Positions 1 to 15,900 of a DNA stretch of 64,000 nucleotides are shown here, piece after piece. The notes under the pieces are model-generated. The model saw only the letters and a list, made by a program, of their open reading frames with translations, searched no databases and had not been told where the DNA came from. Source of the stretch: Azolla caroliniana (taxonomy: Eukaryota > Plantae > Polypodiophyta); contig JBHGNT010000018.1 in assembly GCA_043228905.1 (NCBI GenBank), forward strand, positions 2,170,001 to 2,234,000, written 5' to 3'. Position numbers and translations under genes: made by a program. The first letter of the stretch is position 1, and each line of letters starts with the position of its first letter.

Positions 1-3000
1 CAAGGAACAAAACTTGGGTCCTCTTTGTACGAGATGATTGAGGCAGCACGATGATGAACCCTTTGTGGATAATTAGAACCAAGACCAACCATATAACTAG
101 TTCCTCTAGGATTATTTCCCAGTATATAGTCAACCTAATACAAAGAACAGAACTTTCATGTTATCATATCCTTCGCATGATTGATATCTACACAGAACTG
201 GATGCTAGCTCTACCTGAGATTTTGCCATATCAAAGAGCTCTGTGGATCCAACATGTCCAGCCGGGCAGACTATTTCCTTATTAGATTTTGAAAGATAGT
301 CTGAATATACTGTCATGAGGAAGGATGCTCCAACCACATATTGCAAGTTGTTCCAAGCTCTTGTATATATCAAACCCCCTGCGTATATAAGGTACACTCA
401 AGATATGATAAAAACAATGATGTCTGCCATAATCACATCCAAATATTAACATTCATAAACATGAAAAAGAAGATGGAGTCCTTCAAAGAATAGTATGTTG
501 AGTACCTGGAGTCCGCCGAACATCTCTCCCATAATTTTTCTGGAGGCAAGCACACATGAAGTAATGTGCTTGAGCCTGATATTGCATCAAAATCTCTAAA
601 TCTGAACCTCTTCCTTCCAATAAAATCTGCATTTTATGGAATACTCCCACTTAAAAAATGAAAGTGATTAAGAGAGCTTGCAATCACTAAAAAAATAATT
701 ATCTAACCTTTGATGCAAGAACTTGGACACCAGCATACTTAACATCCCAGCTGAATTCTTTCACTGCCCAACTAGTTCCACCTAAACTATGAGCATTCTG
801 GATAACATATTCAAGGTAATAATTGTCTGTTGTAGCCTCAAAGAGCCATAAAGCAGCCCAGAGAAGTTCATCCTGTCAAGTAAAGCATAAAATCTATTTG
901 AATCAATGATATGGAAACCATTTAATCATTAATATTGTCTCTTCTCTTAGCTTACACCATAGCCACTCTCGGACAAATAGAAATTTCGGGCCACCCAAAT
1001 GCTGCTGTCATAATGACCCCGATAAGTATCCGCAAAAGTGAAGAGCTGAAATAAATGAAAAACGTAAGCGTGCTATTAGAAAGAAACCCTATCTCTGCAT
1101 TTACATACATATATATACTGAATGTGAACAATATAAGAGAGAAAGAGAGAGCCAACTAAAAGAATAGTATGGAAGAGAGATGAAAGATTATTATTACCTG
1201 CTTAGCATGTTCTAATAGAGTTAATGAATAAGATGGATCTGTCCTCGAGAAGACCATAGAGGCAGCTGCCATGGCTGCCGCAGTTTCTGCAGCCAGTTCA
1301 GATCCTGGGTTGTTCTCACTGATGCTGTAAGCTTGTCTTGACGTCGTCATATCCTCAGGCCTTTGCCAACAATAGTGGTCTGAAAATCCATCTCCAACCT
1401 TCATAGAATTTTATCATTATAATCATCATCAATTCGCCAATTCTAATAAGAGAAAACTTTTAAATAACACTGCACCATCCTTAATTTTTCAATCAGAACT
1501 ATTCCTGGAGTTCTAGAACGTACACCTACCACAAACAGCCGCTGTACTCCCCTCCATCATCAGGGATTGCTTATTTCCGATAATAATAATTTACAGAATA
1601 TCAGGAATGTGAAATCATTTGCGACCTTGAGAAAAACAGGTGATAGTATCTAGGCCTCTCAAACATCATTTGTTGTCTATTTACAAAAAAACTCTTCTTA
1701 GGAATCAAGAATGTAAACCAGTAGCAGTTATGATATCTACTCTCAACAATTCACCATATTCACTTTCTCAATAAAGCCTCAAACTTTGGGTTATATTCAG
1801 TAGGAAATACTCTAGGCATATCCATTCACGAAATTATTTTACCTATAGCAAGAGATATTGATTGATTCCAAATTTCCAATAACAACAGCATACCTCTCCC
1901 CACAGAAGATTGGGCTCTGGGTGAGCTTTGATGAAGTAATCTGTTCCCCACCTTATTGCTTCATGGACATGTTGGAGTTCTCCAGTAGAGGAAATGCGGT
2001 CTTCATATTCAACCACGCTCCATGACAGCATTGTGATCGTGAAAGCCATTGGCAGACCGAACTTCACATTGTCACCTGCATCATAGTATCCCCCAACAAG
2101 ATCCACCTATAGAGAAATAAAAACATTACAATCATTCATTCAATAAGGAGAAAACAAATCATTATAAATAATCATTCGTTCATTGACCTGGAGAGATAAC
2201 GAAAATCATTATAATCATGCATCCAAACATCACTATAAAATCCGTCAGTGTATATTCAAACATTATAAATTGTTTTTATTAACCATAGCATCAGCATGCC
2301 TTTCTCAGGAGATCACAAAATCTGTCATTGTAGATCTAAACATAACATTATAATAATCGTTTACTTAAGATGGCATCAACAAGCATTCCTTGAACACAAA
2401 AGAAAGAGATATCAGCATAAAGCCCGCCTTTGTAGATCCAAAGAAAACATTGCCATCGTGTCTTGATTAGAGCTGAAAACAAAAAGAAATAAGTATAAAA
2501 AGCATCTTTGTAGGTTCAAAAAAACATTTTCATATCTTGCTTATTTTCACATTTCTACGAAAGACAAAACTATCAATATCAAATTCGTCTACATATATAC
2601 AAAGCCCACAGTACATCGTTCTTCAGCATAGACTTTGAGTGGCTTTCTTAAGTACAGAAATAAAGAGATACCAAAGCAATTTTTCTGCGACGAATAAAGG
2701 ATTTTCTGTTCGCAAAAGAGGACTTTGTAAACACAAAGGTCCTGGTTTGTTTCGATCTGCATCATGATATCTTTTGTAGCAGTAATAAACAAGGCTATTT
2801 CAGTACAAAACCTGTACTTGTAGATTCAAAGAAGCAGGTTAAATTCTTTTGGTGACTCTAAGTTGTTAAACAAAATAAATGGCCCGTGCAAATGGTTGAC
2901 TTGAAAAAAAGAACAGAGAAAGAAAACCGTTTGAAGAGCAATGTATGTGAAATATACATGAGAAGCATAACAAACATGGAACGATAAACGAAGGGAAAGG

Positions 3001-4509
3001 AAGGTGTAATGCAATTCACTAGAAGGCAGTCTCCTTGTCTGCGAGCTCTGTAATGGAGACAGACAGTTTAGCTTGTTTGCAATGATGGAAGCAATGATTA
3101 TTATGGAGAAGCCAACAATAAAATACTGCATGTTATATACATTATCTGTTATAAATAAGAAATCAAAGCTGAAACAGTCTAGAATACCTTATAATTTCTG
3201 TAACAGAACAGCAGAAGGAGAAGAAGCGATGTAGAGTTAAATAAAGGTACTGAAACTGTCTAGAATATCTTATGGTTTCTGTTATAGAAAAAGAAGAGGA
3301 AACGATGTAGAAAGTAAAAATGAAATGCATATCATCGACTGTTGTAAAGATGAAGAAAGCGATTTGAAGCTCCAATGCAATACGAAGTTACCGATATGGC
3401 AAAAACAAACGTGAAACACAGTGTACAATTGACCATAGTCGATCGTCTATTATACTGCAAGGTTACAGTTGTGGAGAAAGCAAGACGAGAGTACTGTCCG
3501 ATATCAACGGTAATAAAGAAGAAAAAGTAAAAGAACTTCGTGAGTAATCGAGAGCTTTCTGGAACAAAGACGAGCAATGTAGCCCGTTCGTGATTTAATA
3601 CAAATTACTATTATATAGAATGCAAACGTCAAAAGCTGTAGCTACAATATATTGTCTGCTACAGAGCAGCAGCAGCAGAGGATGTAGCGTTATTGTTATA
3701 GAGAACGTACAAAGATGAAATGCAGGATAATAGGATACGATTTCAAGCTCTAATGGAACTCGATGGGAAGTACAGATAATGCGACAGAATACAGGTTAGT
3801 GTAAAAGCTAAAGGACAGACAAATGATCGTCAGCTATAGAATATGAATACCTTCAGCTGTACAGAAGAAGAGAAAAAAGGAAAATGTGAATCAAATGTCT
3901 AATTAAATAGGCAATGTGGATTGTTTGCAATGGAATCCTAATTACTGTAATGGACACAGCAAAGAAAAAGCAATGTACAGTATCATCTGATATAAAGATA
4001 AAGAAAAAGAAGTGTAAAGTCGAAATGTTATTCGATTCGAATGTCGTATGGAGAGTTTGCATAGGAAGAATCACAGACAAAATAATGATCTTCAATTGTA
4101 CAGCATATGAAGAGGTAAAAAGTGCTACGAAGCACTACTTAATGGAGAAATCGAGAGCTCACTATTTGAGTGTAGTGAATGCAAAGAAGAAACGATGCGG
4201 AATGCGGCTATTGTCTGATATACAGAAAAGATAATAATAAAAAGAAAAAGGATGAAGAGATTAGAAGCTTGGACTTACTCCTTGATCAATTCCATCGTGG
4301 AGAGCAGAATCGGAGCGCCAGGTGACTCGTTGAGAGCTGGGAAGAGGACCAGATCGTTGGCCTTCGAAGAAGAGGAGGCTGTTATGGAGAGCGGAGAGAT
4401 AATCAGGGGAGAAGCCATGGCCGAGATGAGGAAGGAAAAGAACGTTAGCAATGAAGAAGGCGAAGAAGGAAGATGAAGCAGAAGGAAGGAACAGGAATGG
4501 AATCGCCAT
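1..4509 (-). CDS. Glycoside hydrolase family 9 endo-1,4-beta-glucanase (secreted class B or C), 3' end outside window
   Basis: Exons (minus) 4279-4509, 1894-2106, 1198-1398, 956-1045, 708-872, 506-626, 215-378, <1-134; all GT-AG and phase-compatible. Motifs [92 protein letters not shown]. Hydrophobic N-terminal signal-like segment. Confidence 0.95.
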
Positions 4510-4739
4510 GTCCACACGAACGGGAGCTTTCTTGCGTTCTGCGTTTCCTTCGGTTTTCCTTCTTGCTTTTATAGACTATATAATAGTACACATAATTGTG
4601 TCTTTTTGTATTGAAACGAGAGACAAGAGACAGAGACAGAGAGAGACGTTAGTTGCCTTCTGCCTTAGCCATTAAAGTATGTATGTAAGAATAAAAGATT
4701 AAAAAGAACCTTGACTTACTCCTTTTAGACCCGTCCTTT

Positions 4740-5027
4740 TATATATGTATACATACATATGTATGTACATTTATTGTATGTATGTTTGTAACTATGTACG
4801 TTTTATGTATGAATGAATGTTTGTATGTAATGTTTGTATCTATGTATGTTTATGTATGTAATGTTTCTGTATGTATGTATGTATGTACATCTATGTACGT
4901 ACGTACGTATGTACGTATGTATGTATGTATGTATGTATGTATGTATGTATGTATGTATGTATGTATGTATGTATGTATGTATGTATGTATGTATGTATGT
5001 ATGTGTGTGTGTGTGTGCATGTGTGTG

Positions 5028-5074
<47 letters not shown>

Positions 5075-5172
5075 GTGTGTGTTTCTTTGTTTGCTTGCTT
5101 GCTTGTATCATGTATGCATGTATATGTGTGTGTATTCCTTTGTTTGCTTGCTTGTATCATGTATGCACGTAT
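4740..5172. repeat. Compound microsatellite (TATG)n-(TG)n
   Basis: Long perfect TATG run followed by TG run upstream of the GH9 gene; it explains the spurious MYVC/HTYI ORFs. Confidence 0.95.
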
Positions 5173-8100
5173 GTCTCCCTTTGGGATGGCTTGCCCTTGA
5201 CTCAATTGGGTCCGAGGAATGCATTCCCCCCCCCCCCCCTCCTCCCCTACCGAGGGGTTTGGTTTGATTTTAGTGAAACCTGAAGTAAATCCATCAATCA
5301 AACCATGCCCCCCCCCCAAATGCTCGCAGCTTTTTCGGTGTGGCTCTTGCACTCCTTAATGGAGGGATGATTTCGCACCTGTAATTATATGAGATTGTTG
5401 CACATGACAATCAGTCGCGAGTAATTATGATCATGCACCCTCTTATGGACCTCGTCTCTTGTATCTTGTGTGTGTGTGTGTGTGTGTGTGAGTGTGTTTA
5501 TGCACCAACTAAGGCCAACATACGTGATCATATAGTTGCTCCATGGTGCAACTTATCACTCTGACCAACCACATGAACTCATGCTACCCAATTAAGGAAC
5601 GACATCCTGACCCTGATTCCAATAAAGGAATTTTTATTATTTAGGAACTCCGTTTTCCTAACCCTCCCATCTTACAACAGATCCCATGACATCTTTGAGC
5701 TACGATGCGCGCCATGTTCCAATCCAAGTAGAAGTCCAAAAGCTCTTTTCTTATTCCAATAAAATTGTCGCGACACAGATTAGATCTTGGAAGCTCTTTT
5801 GCATTCTAGTAGTGTGGCAAGTATATGAGCTAAAAGGTAACTTTTTTCGTCTTCTAGACAAGAGACGAGATAGTTGCTAACATCCAAACACAAAACGTAT
5901 GCGCCGACAATAATATATATGTACACTATCTATTATAATAGCTCACATAAGATTAAAAAGGAGATCTCACACATGAAACTAAATTATATAAAACACAATA
6001 TATTCAAACTCTTTACACCCTCAAAGGTAGACAATCTTATAGGAAATCAATAAAACACATGATTTCCGTATATGCGTTTCGATGTAATGCTTGTTTGAAC
6101 AATCCAATTTCACAGTCTTTTCCATAACATCATTTTTGTTATTGTAAGGTAGGCTAGGGAAGGTGACAAAAGTAAATATTGGGAGATTGACATGTATTTT
6201 AATGAGAAATCAAGCCCACCTTGCCTTGAAAATGGATTTTCCTCAAATTTCTCCTTCAATTGAGCCATGATTTTTGGTGAGGGTTGCCTTAAAATAAGAC
6301 CCTATAATTATGGTCCCACCCACCTATGTGTAACTTGACTCGAATGTAGTAGATGAGCTAGAAGGTTAAATGTTGCTCAATCACACTTCGATTCATTCCT
6401 TGTACATCTTTTAAGATAATAGGGAAAACCAAGTATGAGAACAAGGAATTGATGTATTGGAATTATATGCATAATGAATACATCAATGAACCTAAACAAA
6501 ATAATAACATAACAATGCAAACAATTAGATAGGTTCATCCGGTGTGTGATGTATAATTATGAATGTTCTCATAAAACTACACACACATTACTAATATTCT
6601 ATCTATATATTCCTACATTTTAAAAAGTTAGGCACATGTGCAATATATATACACACTTCGAGTAAATAACAACACAACAAAGGAAAATTATTAAATATGG
6701 TAGAAATCTTCAATACCAAAATTTGAAGATAAGTTATATAGAAAACCAATTCAATTAGTTACTACTACCTAGTCATATTATAATAAGTCCAAATTTGATA
6801 TCCTATCCAAATCTTAAAGGCAAATTTTTGCAAAGATCTTGAAATACACAATACATTTTACCACAGAATATAGTATTAGCACCAAGGTGTCCAAGAGAGA
6901 CTTAGTTATATCTAAAGAAATGTATATAAATAGCTAACAATTTTTTTAGAAGGATGTTCTTGACTATGTCATGACGTATTAATACATGGACAAAAATACG
7001 TTATAAATATGTATGACAAATTTCATTTATATTATCCATCTAGATCCATCTTATAGAGAAGCTTACGTGAAAGAGGTTTGAGAAATTAAGTCTACAAAGA
7101 TGGAACATGCTCGTTTTGAGCACAAAATCAAGTTTAAAATTTATAGAAAACAAATATTTGGTGGATACTTGTAAATAATGTTAGTGGACACCTAAACATA
7201 GTGTACATGAAATTTTTGAGGGAATATTTGTACTTATACAATAAAGAAAGGAAGGGCAAATCTGCTAAAAATAGTAGAAAGAACAAATCCAAAATCTTAT
7301 TCAAATCACAACATGGATACCGAAAGGAAATTAGAAAGTCTTATTTTACAAACAAGAAAGGAATGAGAATTGTTCCTATTTGTCACGTATGGAGACCCGA
7401 GACTAAGTTTGGAGTGTGCATTGCGCAACATAATACTAAGGAGCCAAAACCCCGAGGTATAAGAGCTTTGTTAAGCCCATCGAGTTGACTCCAAAACACA
7501 AAAGTTAATGAAAGGGCTAGGAAGGGACTGCATAAAGATGCCTATGTGTGCAAGATTAAGTTTGAGGCATCAAAGCATAATAAAGTAGCTCCTTTTTTCA
7601 AAGGTGGATGAGCTACCTACTAGGGAAGGGTATGATGAGGTGAAAAGAAGCATCTTCAAATTTAAACAATTAGAAAATAGACCCATAATGGTCTAGAAAC
7701 AAGTGGGTTGAACATGACTCTAAGAAGTTATAATAGAAGAGGCACCATATAACAATGTGAACCAAATGAAAGATGTTGAGGTATGGACCCATGGATGTTT
7801 GAGGGATATTTCAACCCCTAAACAATTCAACAACAAAAAGTGGGTGGAAATGAATATCATATGCCAGAGGTAGCGAGGCTAATATTTTGTGTTTCCATGA
7901 TACTTTAATAAGGCGTGGATTAGTGGAAGAAGCTATAAATCAAGTAGCAAATAGAACTATCCTTTGAGCTTCTACATTGCAAAATTACGGCATTATCATA
8001 TCTTCCGACATGGATGTTCTCCAAGTTCAAGGTGAATGATGCTAGCATATTTACCTTTTTCTTCACAATGTTTTGCAATTTATATGGTGATTGCAAAGTT

Positions 8101-11100
8101 TAGAATATGCCTTATATCAAACATCACAATAGTGGACTTGGCTTGATGAAAAATCATCAATTATGTTAATCTAAATCTATTGAACAAATTGTACATTTAA
8201 ATGTTTCAAGTGTATAAGTCATCCATTGATGCATTAGTATGCTTCGTTGTGCATGGTGGTGTGCAAGACAATATGCATAATGTTATTTGAGAAGACAAAA
8301 AGGGGAAAGAGAAAAACATAGTTTCAATGTCATTGGTACATGATCACATGAAAGCTTGAGTTGTATGCAAAGGTTGAAGTATGAAATTCATATTCTATTT
8401 CCACATTGGTGACATTATTAAAATCAAGTATGTAAGGAAAACGTATCATGTTTTCATTCATTACATTTACTCGTAGATTAAATATATGGTCCCTTGGGTT
8501 TAGGCTTATCTAAAACATTTACAATGGTTAAAATAAAATAGAGGAAACAATTTTGATACATAGTTGTTTTGATCATGTACAAAAGTTGTAAAGTTTACTA
8601 TGGGTTGTCTGGGACCATAAACGAAGCATCATGCTTCTAATAGTAAATGTAATCCCTTTTGAAGGAGTCTTGTGTGCTAAGCTCTAGAAAGCATGAAGGA
8701 AATAGAATACAATTTTATAATGTACAATGATGAATGGCATAAACAAACCACATGAATCATGAAGTTTTTCATGTTAAGAAAACAAAAAGTATTGGAATCT
8801 CTCATGGAACGAAAAATACTAAAATATGCAACATTTTATGCAGATCCACGTGGTCATATAATTTCTTGTATTGATAAAATTTAGACATAAAAAAGAAGTT
8901 GGACAACATAGTTCACACTTCTCCTTAAAGGAATCATCATTGGTATGTGATAGGGGGGGGAAAGGACGAAAAATGATAAAAAATCGAACTCATGAATCCG
9001 TGAAGCCGTTGATGGAAATGATGGACATATTAGAGATCATTACAATGTAGACGTGAAAGAGAGAATTGCACATTATTAACAATGAGTGAAAACATTAGAT
9101 GTCATTTCATCGCCTTATGGTACTATCACGAGGCCAAGGCCAACATAAAGTAGCATTTCTTTATTCATTTTCTTTTCTTTTCACTCACAAAATGTCTTAC
9201 CTCTGCAAATTTTGGATCAATTGTATACTTTTCATGCAATTAGTCCATCATTTGCACGCAATAGCATAAGAATGTGAACTAATTTCCCCATGAAAATGGA
9301 CAATAAATCGCCTCAAGAGTAAGTGTGGACTACATATATGTATAAAAAGTTCAAGTATTTTGGGAGTCTTCTGGATTTCTATGGAACATTACATGCTATT
9401 ACCACTTCTATGCTCTCAACATGAAGTTTCTTTTATCTTTCAATCGTACCCTAGTTTCGAAATGCCTTCAACTATTTTACCTCGATGATGCATAATACTT
9501 CATTTGGTTAGATGTTCTATCTTGGTAATCATAATCCATATCTTATAGTAAAGAAAAATGAGTGGAAAGACAATATAAGTGGACGTCACAAAATGAACTC
9601 AAAAAAATAAGCCAATTCATAAGCATTTTCTGCTTCGAAGAGTGTAGAATTCCTCTATTAATAAAAGAGACCATACTACACAAGGTCATCAAAATATAAA
9701 CATAAAACTAGGAGGATGACTATTTGCCGCCTTTAAAACAAAAGAAAAACAGGTAAATATGTGCCATCTAGACTTATTATCCATACCATTGTTTTCTCCA
9801 TTTCCTATTACATGTTTTGATTTATCCACTTTTTTATATTACACTCACATCAAGGAGAGTGGCTTCCCTGTTTACAAGGATCAACATATTTTTCTAATGG
9901 ATGACTTCCATATTTCCAACAAGTAGCCTAATTTAAGGGAGAGTGGTCTCCTTACTTTCACATTAGAGTTGAGGTTGTTGAAGAGAATGGAGATTGGACA
10001 ATCTTGTCACAATATTGTATTATAGGTTCTCCATTACAGTTTTCCCTACTTCCTTGTTATATGTTCCACATTGAGGTTGACCTTAGTGAAGAGAATGGAA
10101 AGGAGACATAATATTCACTTCCTAGTCATAGTGCTACCAATATGAGAACCAACCTTGACTCCAATGATCAACATTTTTGTTGGCGTCAAACCTTCATGAA
10201 GTGATCGTGGTTGACGATGTTGAACTACATAAATTTTTGCACGATCTTGAGTGGATTTAATGTATTCTCATGTAATTTTCAGCATTTCATAATATCTTGC
10301 AATGAACTGAGAACAATGTGTGCTTTAATCGCAACTACTTCCATGGCAAAAGTTTTTTTTGACCCAAAGTCATACAGTAGCATAAAAAGACATAGGTAGT
10401 CACTAATAACTTAGAAAAGTTATACATAAGTAAGACGTGCGAGATATGCTCCCAATGGTGTTGGTTTTGTGAGACATACTAGCAAGTCCTCCATTTTTTA
10501 TTTGTGCACTCACTTATCCATCTTCTTCTTCTTCTTTTACAATGAAGATTCACCTTGGCATTAATGGAAAGATGTCCAAAGGCTATAACGAATTCATACA
10601 ATAGATTATAACGCTCATACCCACATCAACCAACATGTCAAGTATCAAAAGCCCTCGTGTAGAGTCATTCCAAGACGGGGGGCGGAAAAAGCCATCTTGG
10701 TGGAGCATATCGCCACTTTATTCTCTCTCCAAAAGAGGTGAAGAACTCTGCCTTTTTCCAAATTTCTCAAAGTTGTTTACGAATCACAACCTCAAGCTCA
10801 CCGGTTATTGCCTCATATTGACCTCTTAGAGTATGTAAGACTTATCCATCATTTTTAGGATAGTTTGAGGATAAATACACCCAATTTTTGGGTTTCTCAC
10901 TATTTACCATAAATGCATGGTAATTTAAGGATCCCAATCAAGTCTTAAGTAGTTCACTATCACCAATGCAACCATCCTAGTTGTGGTATGGTTTTTTACC
11001 TCAATCATGAACCAACTCAGTGATAATTTAATTGCATTTGGGATCAATCTTCATGGCTATAAATCCCATCTTCTTCACACATATGGAACTTCAAGACTAT

Positions 11101-11358
11101 GCTGGATATAGGTTTGATCTAACCTTATGACGTATTTGACAAGAGGCCTCCATGTTTTTCATCATGATTATTTTTCTTTCAACTTTGCACCAACAATATC
11201 TGTAACTTTCGATATAGTTGCACACTATCACAATTAAAGACACATACTTCACCTCTTGACATCCAACACATTCATCACACAATCTAGCGCAACCTCCCCT
11301 TCGACAAAGCATAAACACCTTGCTATAACAATACTTCCACCTCTCTCCCTCCCTCCCT

Positions 11359-11409
<51 letters not shown>

Positions 11410-12532
11410 AATTCTAAATCTTAGTGTAACCTCTTTTAGATTTGAGCATTATTCGTAAGCTTTGACCTAAGCACTTAAGCTCTATTTCTTGCAAAGTGCA
11501 ACCGATGGAAAATAAAAGGATATTGTTGTATCATGTTTTTGTTTGGTTTCTTGTGCTTTTCTTAAGTTTCAGTGAGTAGGCATTAGTTTAGTGGTTTATT
11601 AAGCCGCCTTCAAAAAATGATCCACTTATAGTATATGCACTATGTTTCTTATGAGAATAACAAAAGACCAATCTCAATAAAAAAGATTACGAAGAAAACT
11701 ATAGCAATCTATTCGATGGAAATCTTATGAACAAAGGACGGGTTCATAAACATTGGTGAACTTGACAAATGAGATTTCTCATTGTCAATACTTTTAATGA
11801 AAACATATGCCCAAATTTATTTTGAAGACTTGATGTTGAAACATGCATAACACACGCTTAGCTAGTAGACACAAAAATTGTATAACTTAAGGGTATCACA
11901 AGCAACATTTGAAATAAATTTTATATAACTTGTCGAGATAGTAGGAATTTACGTTGAATTTGTTAAGTCAGATTTACAATATTTAGAAGAGTTGAGTAAA
12001 AGGGATAGATTGCTAATTTGGGAACATCTAAAGATTGAAGTATTATGAGGGCCATTTCACACATCACGAACTAAATAGTTAGACTCAGAGATATGCATCA
12101 CTTGTCATGACATAAAAGTTTATGCGACTTCCCTTTTCTTTTGTCATTTTTCTTATTGAGACATAATTTGAATACGAATCAGGGACACAAGAATCAATTG
12201 TCTCGGCCTCAAAAACAAAAAGAAGAAGAAGAAGATAATAGAAGGAGTGGATTGACATGGTCATAGTGGATTCGACATCCTCCAATGGTAATATGAGCCA
12301 AAGTGTCATACCCGTTCCATGAGTTATGCATCTCAACCTAACCCAAGCCCATAGCAAAAAGTTTCCAAAACATGTAAGTAGCTACGTTTCCATGGCAACG
12401 AAATGGGAAGAAATGTGAATGACAGATATAGTGATGCCAATGATGTGTGTATGCATGAACCTGAAAACTTGGTGTGTGTGACCACCATAGAGAGACACAT
12501 GCACATACCATGTGATAGTTTGTTCTTATGTG

Positions 12533-12564
<32 letters not shown>

Positions 12565-12973
12565 TGTATGTATGCGTGTGCGTGGTTTTTCTTTTGAATA
12601 TGGGGGGCCAAAAATGTAAATTGGGAAATTGAATGAAACTGATGCTTATTGCACAAAACTGCCTTTTGCAGACCCATCTTCAGGGTTTAGGGTTCGTACG
12701 CAGCTAGGGATCAGCAACGGCTCGGCTCTAGCCTATACCGTTTTGCTAAACCGGCTTAGCGGCTTGGCTTAGGCTTGAGCCTGGACAAACGGCTCAAACC
12801 GGTTAAGCCGTTTATGTGATTTAATAGTAGAGTAGAAAAAAAACTTAGAAATTAGACGGTTAGAAACTTGAGAGAGAGAGACTGTTGGAGCCTGTATACT
12901 ACAGAGTGGACGACGACGACCTCCTGCTGCCTGCAGCCTACACGCCTTCAGGTAATCACTGAAATTCTTTTAA

Positions 12974-15900
12974 TCACTGATTCACTGATCCTCTTCGGCA
13001 CTCACAACCTTTAAGTTCTTTGATGATGGCCGTTGATCTCTTCCCGTGATGATCTTCTTCTTCGATAGTAGCCACTGATATTTTCCCCCAATTTATCCGG
13101 CCAAAAATTGGGTCTATGTCGCATGCCCATGACATGCAAAGCTTAGTTTCCAGCTTTTTATCCCACCCAAATTGCTTCTCAAAGCAAACACTTCTTGAAA
13201 GCCAAGAATGTGAATGATGTATACTTTCCTCTTCTCTAATTATATAATGCAATTGTTGCGTCTTGGGTGGAATCATTAGAGGTTTTTGTGTACAATTATT
13301 ATCCAACGGGAGAACCCCATAGAACAAGTCATCATATGAGCACAGCATACTCACTTTTTCTTTTTCATCTTCTTCTTTAATACAATCATTTTCCCTACCT
13401 TTTATGGCTTCCCTTTTTTTATCTGCTACAGCGGATTCATTTTCCTTATCTAACATATTGGATTGATTTGTGGGAGGAGGATGTGATAATGTATGTTTGG
13501 TAACAGCAATTTGATAGAAGCATTGATTTTATTAATGAGTATGGGGCTATTAAATAGTCAGATACAAGATATGAAAAGTTATTTGGGATATGAACGGTTA
13601 TTTCTGGATTCATGTGAATTAGTGTTCACATTCTCCCTATCTTTTGCTAGAATTATAAGTTATGGCTATTTCTATTTGAAGCTACATTAGTAAGTCCAAT
13701 AGCTTTGCAGCAAAATTCGAATTTGGGTTTTGGTACTGCTTTTGTAAGAAAATCAGCAACTTGTTGATTTGTAGGAGTATAATTGATGACGAGGATTGGT
13801 TGATCTTCTTTGTTTCTTCTATCCCTCTCCGTTTTTATTATTTTATTATTGATTATTTTTGTATGTTTAGGATTGTGAAAACGACATCCTTTCTTGCCAA
13901 AATGGCCACCATTGTCGATAAAAAATTTGTTTGGTCGCTCAATCTTCTAGTTTATTTCTGGTTGCATTGGGTACATAGGAGTATGCTGTACTGCCAAAGA
14001 TCTTTAGGTGAGAAAGATCAGGTTTGATACCTGACCATTTTTTTGAATGGTGAGTGTTGTTGTAGGCAGTCTGTTTTGTAAATAGCAGGCTGTTGCCACA
14101 GCTTCTTCCCAAAAGGAGTTTGGGAGGTTTGCAGTTTTTAACATTGATCAAGCAGCATCCATGAGTGTTCTATTCTTTCTTTCGGCTTCTCTGTTTTGTT
14201 GAGGATGATGTGATGTGGTTGTCTGATGCAGGATTCCTTGTCATTGTAGTATGTTATCGAATTCTTTCAAAGTGAATTCGCCTCCATTATCACTTCATAG
14301 GATTTTGATTTTTTGATTTAGTTGGTTTTCAACAAGATTTTCGTTGGCTAAGAAATGGGATAGGGCATCAGATTTCTTTTTGAGGAAAGTGATGGTGGTG
14401 TAGTGTGTGTAGTCATCAATAAACGTGAGAAAGTAAAGAGATCCGGCGAGGGAGGGAGTCAACATTGGTTCACATAGATCAGTGTGGATAAGTTTTAGGG
14501 GATTTGTTATGTATTGGATTGAATGAGGATATGGATTGGAGGTCATTTTTCCGAAGAGGCATCCTTCGAAAAAGGGTAGTTGAGTGAAAGGACCTATTAT
14601 TCCATCGGCAAGGTTGTGTGTTCGAATCTTATGAAGGGCTTGAAGATGTGGGTGACCTAGGTCTCATATACAAAGTATATGTACACCATTTGAGGGTATT
14701 TTGAATTCCTGTGTCATGGATTTGATGAAAGACATTTGATATTTTGATCGGTGTGATGGGAATTGGGTATAGGTTTTGTTTTTTGAAACAAGGGATTGTA
14801 TAAGATGTACCATTTGTGAGTTGAGATTGGAAGAGACAGGAATTATCTTTGAAGGTTAGTGTATAATTGCATTCTGTTGCCTGACTTACAGATTAAAGGT
14901 TCTTTGTGAGTCCTGGTACAAAGTAAACTCTATAGATGTGAAGATGATTGTTGTTTGGTAGACTGAAGGTGAGGGTACCACATCCTTTTGCTTGCCTGGT
15001 GCTGTTTTCTCCAAGGTGGACATCTCGGGGTGTGGTAAGCTCTTTGTATTGTGTTAGATTCGTTTTGTTGAATGTCATATGATGGGTGGCGCCGGTATCT
15101 AGGTACCACGAAAAGTCTAAACCTACTGTGTTGGTTAAAGTGATGTCGAATAGATACATTTCTTCACCTCATGATGGTGGATTTTGTTGAAGTTGTGCCA
15201 TCCTAGCTTGAGGTCGTTGGTCTGCTTCTTGTTGTTTTGTTCGACATTCTCTTTCCAAGTGACCTTGTCTATTGCAATAATTGCATGTCATTGCTTTAAT
15301 GCTGTGATAATTGGATGTGTTTCTTTGCTTGGTTCTGCAGTCTTTTTCCCAGTGACCTGGTCTGTTGCAGTAATTACAGAGAGATTGTCTTTGGTTTTGG
15401 TGGTTGTAATTGTTCTGATGATTAAGCTTGATAGATTTGTTGAATCTATGAGGTTGTTGTTGTTGGCTAGACATCAGAATGGTGGTCGCCATTGCTATTG
15501 GAATTGTTCGTTGGTTCAGGTTGTTGTTGGTGAGCTTGGTGAAGGCATATTCTTGGCGCATTTTGTTGACCATGACTGTAAAAATGTTTCAAAATCATCA
15601 CCCTCTTGCATGTGGAAGGTTGTGAGTTGACAAAACAGAGCGATGGCATGGATTGTGTCGGTCTTTTCATATTGTTCGCTTAGACATTCCCATATTTTGT
15701 TGGCGGTTTCTTGGTTTGAAATGAGGTACATAAGTGAATCTGCTACATGGAATTGGATTTTGGATTGTGCTTCAAGACCCTTATCTTGCCATGCATGAAT
15801 ATCTGGATCATCATTGTCAGGTTTGGCTTTGCTTCCATCAATGTATGCCCATAGATGTAGTCTGCGCAAATAAATTTTCATCCGTATTTGCAATGGGTGA

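Noticed and set aside
4782-5352. ORFs of 100-160 aa rich in MYVC/HTYI
   Set aside because: Translations of the (TATG)n/(TG)n microsatellite.
6100-12350. Long gene-free stretch with fragmentary coding-like composition
   Set aside because: Probably decayed transposon sequence, but I found no motif, terminus or TSD to support a call.
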